From the NCBI GenBank assembly GCA_024679065.1, contig JAGIQG010000014.1, positions 25,482,001 to 25,546,000 on the forward strand: a DNA stretch of 64,000 nucleotides, written 5' to 3'. The position numbers were made by a program, and so were the translations under genes. Source of the stretch: Sphyrna mokarran. Lineage: Eukaryota. Of this stretch, positions 60,101 to 64,000 are shown piece by piece. The notes beneath the pieces are model-generated. The model was not told the DNA's origin, searched no databases, and saw nothing but the letters and a program-made list of their open reading frames with translations. Within the stretch, counting starts at the first letter, position 1. Each line of letters starts with the position of its first letter.

Positions 60101-62423
60101 CCCCCTCTCTAACAGTACAATACCTACACCACATGAACTGCAGCAGTTAAGATGCAATTCGCAACTCAAGAACTATTAAGGACTGGGAATAAATGCTGGT
60201 CTATCCAGCAAAAGCCCACATCCCTTAAATAAGAAAAAGAACACACTGGAAGGCTGAGTTTCAATGAGCTGACCAGCCTTTTCTCACCACCAACATTTTC
60301 TATCATAATTATCAAACTTTCTTTAAGGGAATCTGTCCTTTTTGGCCATCATGACACAACTTATAAATACATCCAGAAAATTGAAATGATTATGAAATTT
60401 CACAGGCTTCAACACAATGCAACAGAATAAGTTTAGCCATGGCTGATTCTTACCTCACCCTTTGACTTTATCAGCAAGTAGTTTGTCACCTTCCCAAAAG
60501 GTTCAGCCAACTTGATCAGGTCACGATTCATGCATTTACCTCGCTGCAACTCACTAATGTGAACTACTCGGCCAGGTTCATCGTTCAAGTTCTAAGGTAC
60601 AAGAAAGGATGAGCCTCAAAAGACATTTATTAAGCTTGACTGCACTGTAACACTAAATTATAAACTGTTCCAAATCCACCACACTGACTAGATCAGGTAA
60701 TGGCCTCTGGTTGCAACAGTATGCTTTGTCAATGTAGAACTCCCAACATTCACTGTATGGTCACACAGTGACAATTATTCCTCCCATCAGTCAAATCCAT
60801 ACCTAAAATGCGCTGCTCAGGTCACACTGTGCTTCCGAATGCAAAGCAAGTTTAAGCGACACAGTATTCTTTATGTGCAACACACTGCTCAGGCACACAG
60901 TGATTCCTGGGCATTGTTACAGTAAAAAAGTGCATGCTGTCATATCATAGACATACAAGTAGTAGCTTTTTAATTATAAAAAGCAAAAGAATAAAATGGT
61001 ACCAATATTTTCTATTTTATGCTCTTTCAATTCAATACTGAACAAAAATCATTACTTAGATATTGGAATTCTTCTAATTTTGATCAACTTAATGTGGTAA
61101 GCGGTTAAGTACAGAGTTCACAGAATCCCTACATTGCTGGAAGCTATTTGGCCCATTGTGTAAGCACCAACAACAATCACCCAGGCTCTATCCCCTTAAC
61201 CCCACATATTTACCTTGCTAATACTCCTACCACTAAGCAACAATTTAGCATGGCCAATCCACCTAACCTGCACATATTTAGAATGTGAAAAGAAACCAGA
61301 GCACCTGCAGACAACCCACACAGACATCAGGAGGATGTGCAAACTCCACAAAGACAGACACTAGAAGCTTAAATAAAACCTGGGTCCCTGGTGCCGTGAA
61401 ACAACAGTGCTAACTACTGTGCCACCATGCCGCCCATTCTTCTTTAATATTTTGCTGATGTCCAAAAGATCATGGACATGATATTTGAAAATACATCCCC
61501 CTTGAAGAATAAATTCTTGGCATATTTTCTTTCTTTCTTCAAAACCCTCTGAACAACATATATTAGTTATCAGTCCAAGGAAACTGGTATTATCTAATGG
61601 CTTCCTGGTGTTGTTCAGAAATGTAACCTGAAATAATGGAATCCTTAACCAAATATAACATTGACTTCAAAAACATGCAAATTGGGAAAATCTCACTTAC
61701 AAATATATCAAAAAGCTGAACAACAGGTATAGCAGTATTGATTGCAGCAATCTAGTTACACAGTTATACATTAATTTAGACAAAACAGTTATTTATCTAC
61801 AGAAGTCTAATCATAATTTGTGCATTTTTCACAAAGTATAAAGAATTATCACTGTAAAATTATGTTCTAAATTAAGTACTCTTTGATGCATGCAAAAGTT
61901 ATTTTGAGAGTGGACACTAACCACCACCCCACCATTCCAGGATTCTTCATATTGCAGGCACAAGTTGCGGCGATAAGAGTATTGGAAAACTGTATAGATC
62001 TCTATATTTATAAATGTTCTATATTTAGGCTCAATCAGTACTTGTGACTCATTGCTTGATCTTTCTTCATCTCATACACTGCTGAGCATTTCAACCACAA
62101 ATATATTTCAAGGTAGGGTGCTGATCACATGGATAACTACTGATATTCAGACCAGATCCAGTGTGTTGATTATATCCAACACCACTGCAGTGGCCCCCAC
62201 ATCCACCCCACTACGCAGATTAACTAAAGGTACTGAAAATACAGTTATATCCCTCATCAAATAATTAACTAGCTTCTCTGAAACTAGATTCTATTCATGG
62301 CAATTAGTAACTTTCATTTAAGAATCTTACAAGAGAATGAAACACTAACCATTCTAAGTGGCTTCTTTGGCCTCTGAACATTGTTCCCTTGCTGGTTATC
62401 CATAGGACCTTTGCGACTTGATG
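36114..62423 (-). CDS. MATR3: Matrin-3-like RNA-binding protein, 3' part; complement join(62350-62423,60454-60591,55987-56118,51600-51674,50985-51125,48916-49047,48330-48382,46969-47380,43085-43421,38675-38796,36114-36179); 5' exons lie right of the window
   Basis: Two split RRMs, an RS/K-rich and acidic region, and the C-terminus [47 protein letters not shown], which closely follows the matrin-3 C-terminal zinc finger. All introns are GT-AG with matching phases. Orthologue versus paralogue is not resolved. Confidence 0.85.
36688..37692 (+). mobile_element. Penelope-like element remnant (GIY-YIG end) with inverted termini
   Basis: [13 protein letters not shown]...[13 protein letters not shown]...VACHF. 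The ends at about 36720-36850 and 37575-37690 are reverse complements. Confidence 0.7.
38675..38796 (-). CDS. MATR3: Matrin-type C2H2 zinc finger exon
   Basis: [40 protein letters not shown]. 122 nt. Confidence 0.93.
39560..39600. repeat. Compound (GT)/(GA) microsatellite
   Basis: gtgtgcgtgtgcatgt(ga)n is visible directly. Confidence 0.8.
40247..41288 (+). mobile_element. CR1-like LINE 3' portion with long 3' UTR containing a SINE-like core
   Basis: [15 protein letters not shown]...FFTQRVVG and a (tgttctt)n tail. Confidence 0.9.
42260..42560 (-). mobile_element. HE1-like SINE
   Basis: Reverse-strand tRNA-like head and core. Confidence 0.7.
43085..43421 (-). CDS. MATR3: Matrin-3-like acidic exon ending in the conserved GPYxPNxPVG motif
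   Basis: [20 protein letters not shown]...[16 protein letters not shown](G). 337 nt, phase 0-1. Confidence 0.88.
44157..45322 (+). mobile_element. CR1-like LINE with the endonuclease region joined directly to the 3' UTR (RT deleted)
   Basis: [28 protein letters not shown] and SDH are APE motifs. From about 44933 the sequence matches the 3' UTR at 40885-41280. Confidence 0.85.
45840..46175 (+). mobile_element. Rex1/Babar-like LINE 3' end
   Basis: [12 protein letters not shown]...LSGKRY.S...T..LKNSF, ending in an aataaa/tcaaa tail. Confidence 0.6.
46969..47380 (-). CDS. MATR3: Matrin-3-like RS/basic and acidic region exon
   Basis: [20 protein letters not shown]...[11 protein letters not shown]...SARLSGK. 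412 nt, phase 2-0. Confidence 0.85.
48330..48382 (-). CDS. MATR3: Matrin-3-like small exon after RRM2
   Basis: [17 protein letters not shown](R). Sites ttctttcag| and CG|gtaag. Phase 2 matches the next exon. Confidence 0.82.
48916..49047 (-). CDS. MATR3: Matrin-3-like RRM2, second half
   Basis: [44 protein letters not shown]. 132 nt. Confidence 0.9.
49110..49375 (-). mobile_element. HE1-like SINE
   Basis: Reverse-strand ggttagcactgctgcctcac...gggttcgattcc head and core. Confidence 0.72.
50985..51125 (-). CDS. MATR3: Matrin-3-like RRM2, first half
   Basis: [47 protein letters not shown]. 141 nt. Confidence 0.9.
51600..51674 (-). CDS. MATR3: Matrin-3-like inter-RRM linker exon (acceptor uncertain; 51686 and 51689 are in-frame alternatives)
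   Basis: [25 protein letters not shown], strong donor TCA|gtaagt, phase 0-0. Confidence 0.6.
51900..55900 (+). mobile_element. Decayed Ty3/Gypsy LTR retrotransposon in an intron of the matrin-3-like gene
   Basis: In order: gag knuckle ([11 protein letters not shown]), protease region, RT ([21 protein letters not shown]; [11 protein letters not shown]), RNase H (ACDAS.YG), integrase (LHIDFAGP; LVSDNG). A polypurine tract aagcaaagggggag ends at 55799 and is followed by TG. Many stops and frameshifts. Confidence 0.88.
55987..56118 (-). CDS. MATR3: Matrin-3-like RRM1, second half
   Basis: [44 protein letters not shown]. 132 nt. Confidence 0.9.
56420..59760. mobile_element. Older Penelope-like element (host of the nested copy)
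   Basis: RT remnants on + at about 58890-59570 (RMYG..K, VAM.S, YIDDI). The ends at 56420-56590 and 59575-59760 are degenerate reverse complements. Confidence 0.6.
57300..58857 (-). mobile_element. Penelope-like element with ~280-bp inverted terminal repeats
   Basis: [34 protein letters not shown] and a Cys-rich linker. 57340-57625 is the reverse complement of 58565-58850. Confidence 0.8.
60454..60591 (-). CDS. MATR3: Matrin-3-like RRM1, first half
   Basis: [46 protein letters not shown]. 138 nt, ccttag| and |gtaag. Confidence 0.9.
61117..61436 (-). mobile_element. HE1-like SINE
   Basis: Reverse-strand gggcggcatggtggcacagtagttagcactg head, core and tail. Confidence 0.8.
62350..62423 (-). 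CDS. MATR3: Matrin-3-like linker exon before RRM1 ([24 protein letters not shown])
   Basis: Sites ctttattttag|CA and ATG|gttagt. Ends in phase 0, matching the next exon. Confidence 0.7.
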
Positions 62424-64000
62424 CTAAAATAAAGAAAGAATTAAACAACATCACTCCCAAAAGATTTCAAAATCAAGTATTTTGTTGTCTTTTTCCCATT
62501 GTCTTCTTTTATTTTCACTTCCGAAAGAATGATTTTATTAAATATTGTGGCGCAATATCACCAGCTTGGCTGAAAATTATGGATGATCAAAAATTAATTT
62601 ATCAAAGCTTTGAAATGTTATATAAAATTGACATCAGAAGTGCTAACTTATCAAGAGTCCAAAATACATTATAACAAAAGACTCAACAAAAATAGCTACA
62701 TAAACATGCAGGAAGAAGTACTATGAACCTGATGAAACTACAAAGGCCACACCCTTCACATTATGTCCTGGCAGATTCACAGGGCATTCTCAAACACTTC
62801 ACTGTGGTAAGTTTGCCTTTTTGGTTCAAAATAAGGAGCAGCCACCTGTCCCACCTTCACTTCATAGGAAGGACAGATTTTCTACAAGGTACCCACCACT
62901 CTCGTCAAACCCAACAAATTATACAGTTCTCCCCTATTTTATGTTTTGAGTTGTCCATGCTGTTGAGTCACAGAAAAGCAACAGTAGTGTGATTTTAATG
63001 AAGGCCTTCAGCACTGAGATCAGACGTAACCGTTTGTTCTATTGCAAGTTCACATACTAACTTGAGACGACCTCCATGGGACTTCAGTGAACTAAATGTG
63101 AGCTTTCATGCCAACTGAAGTTAACCAATTGCATTCTCAATTTCTGGATACGGATAAAGATTGGAGCAGGTTCTTGGTCATTTGGCTTAATTTAGGTTTG
63201 CTCCAAAGGACACTTTTTGTCATTGATATAAATTTTAATAGCTTATTTAGCCAATAGCTGATATCAACCCCATCCACAGGATCATCAGTTGACTGTCTCT
63301 TAAAACTTTTTAGCATTGCCTTGACATTCTCCCTGTTAGGATATCTTAAAATGATTTTAACTGATCAAAGTATCCCAGCATATCAGTAACATTTTAGCAA
63401 GAAAGAAATGCAGAGGAATGGGAAAATGCATGAACAAAGGAAACTCAAAGACAAGGAATGAATAATTTACATCTAATTCCAGAGGCAGGCACTGCTTAAA
63501 TAAAGGGACAGTTGCTAAGATACCACTTATGAAAAAACTGCAAGCCACTTGGCTTACCTCATTCCAACTTTAAAAAAACCTCTAGAACAGAGAGGTCAAA
63601 ATATGAGAAGCTGGTAAACAATTAAGTATAGCCTTAGCAATCTTGCATCTACACATGTTGTGTACAGATGCCGTAAGTAGTAAAGTAGAAGAAGAACAGG
63701 ACTCATTTTTCTTGAAGGACAGCACTGTTGTGGTAACTGGGAGTCATCTATGAAAGTTAACAAGTCTGAGAAAGTAGGACTAGACTTTGTGGAAAGGTAA
63801 GCAGGTATTAATTACTTACCATTCAATATAAACTCAGAATAGTTACAAAAAATCAATATTGTTAATAGTCAATGTATACTAAAATTTTGAATGTTTAAGA
63901 GCCACTCAGGTCCAAATCTGAGGAGAGATTATTGTTCTAGACTAACAACCCAAGTCCTGCATCCCAACAATCTTCCGTTGGGAGTTTCTGAGGGAACAAC

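Noticed and set aside
61500-61627. Possible additional matrin-3-like exon after a tttcag acceptor
   Set aside because: No family similarity and no convincing donor. The flanking exons already join in frame.

Overview
Vertebrate genomic DNA, almost certainly from a cartilaginous fish (HE1/V-SINE-type SINEs, abundant CR1-like LINEs, Penelope-like elements). All exon models were spliced and translated by hand. (1) A complete 8-exon immunoglobulin-superfamily gene on the + strand (8104-23526) encodes a 543-aa type I membrane protein: leader, a germline-joined VJ-type V domain with no RSS, three Ig-constant-like C1-set domains, an uncharged TM segment and a cytoplasmic tail with an ITIM-consensus motif (SIYQNV). 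(2) A divergent paralogue lies head-to-head about 5 kb away on the - strand (leader 3033-3078, V exon 2593-2937); its remaining exons would lie left of the window. Both V domains carry an unusual WCGCG in place of the J-type FGxG motif. (3) The 3' part of a matrin-3-like gene is on the - strand (11 coding exons, 36114-62423; two RRMs and a C-terminal matrin zinc finger), tail-to-tail with the IgSF gene. The rest is mostly transposon debris: CR1-like LINEs, SINEs, nested Penelope-like elements, a decayed Gypsy element, and Harbinger and Rex1-like fragments. The best candidate for an undescribed system is the pair of non-rearranging, antigen-receptor-like V-C1 genes. Repeat boundaries are approximate.
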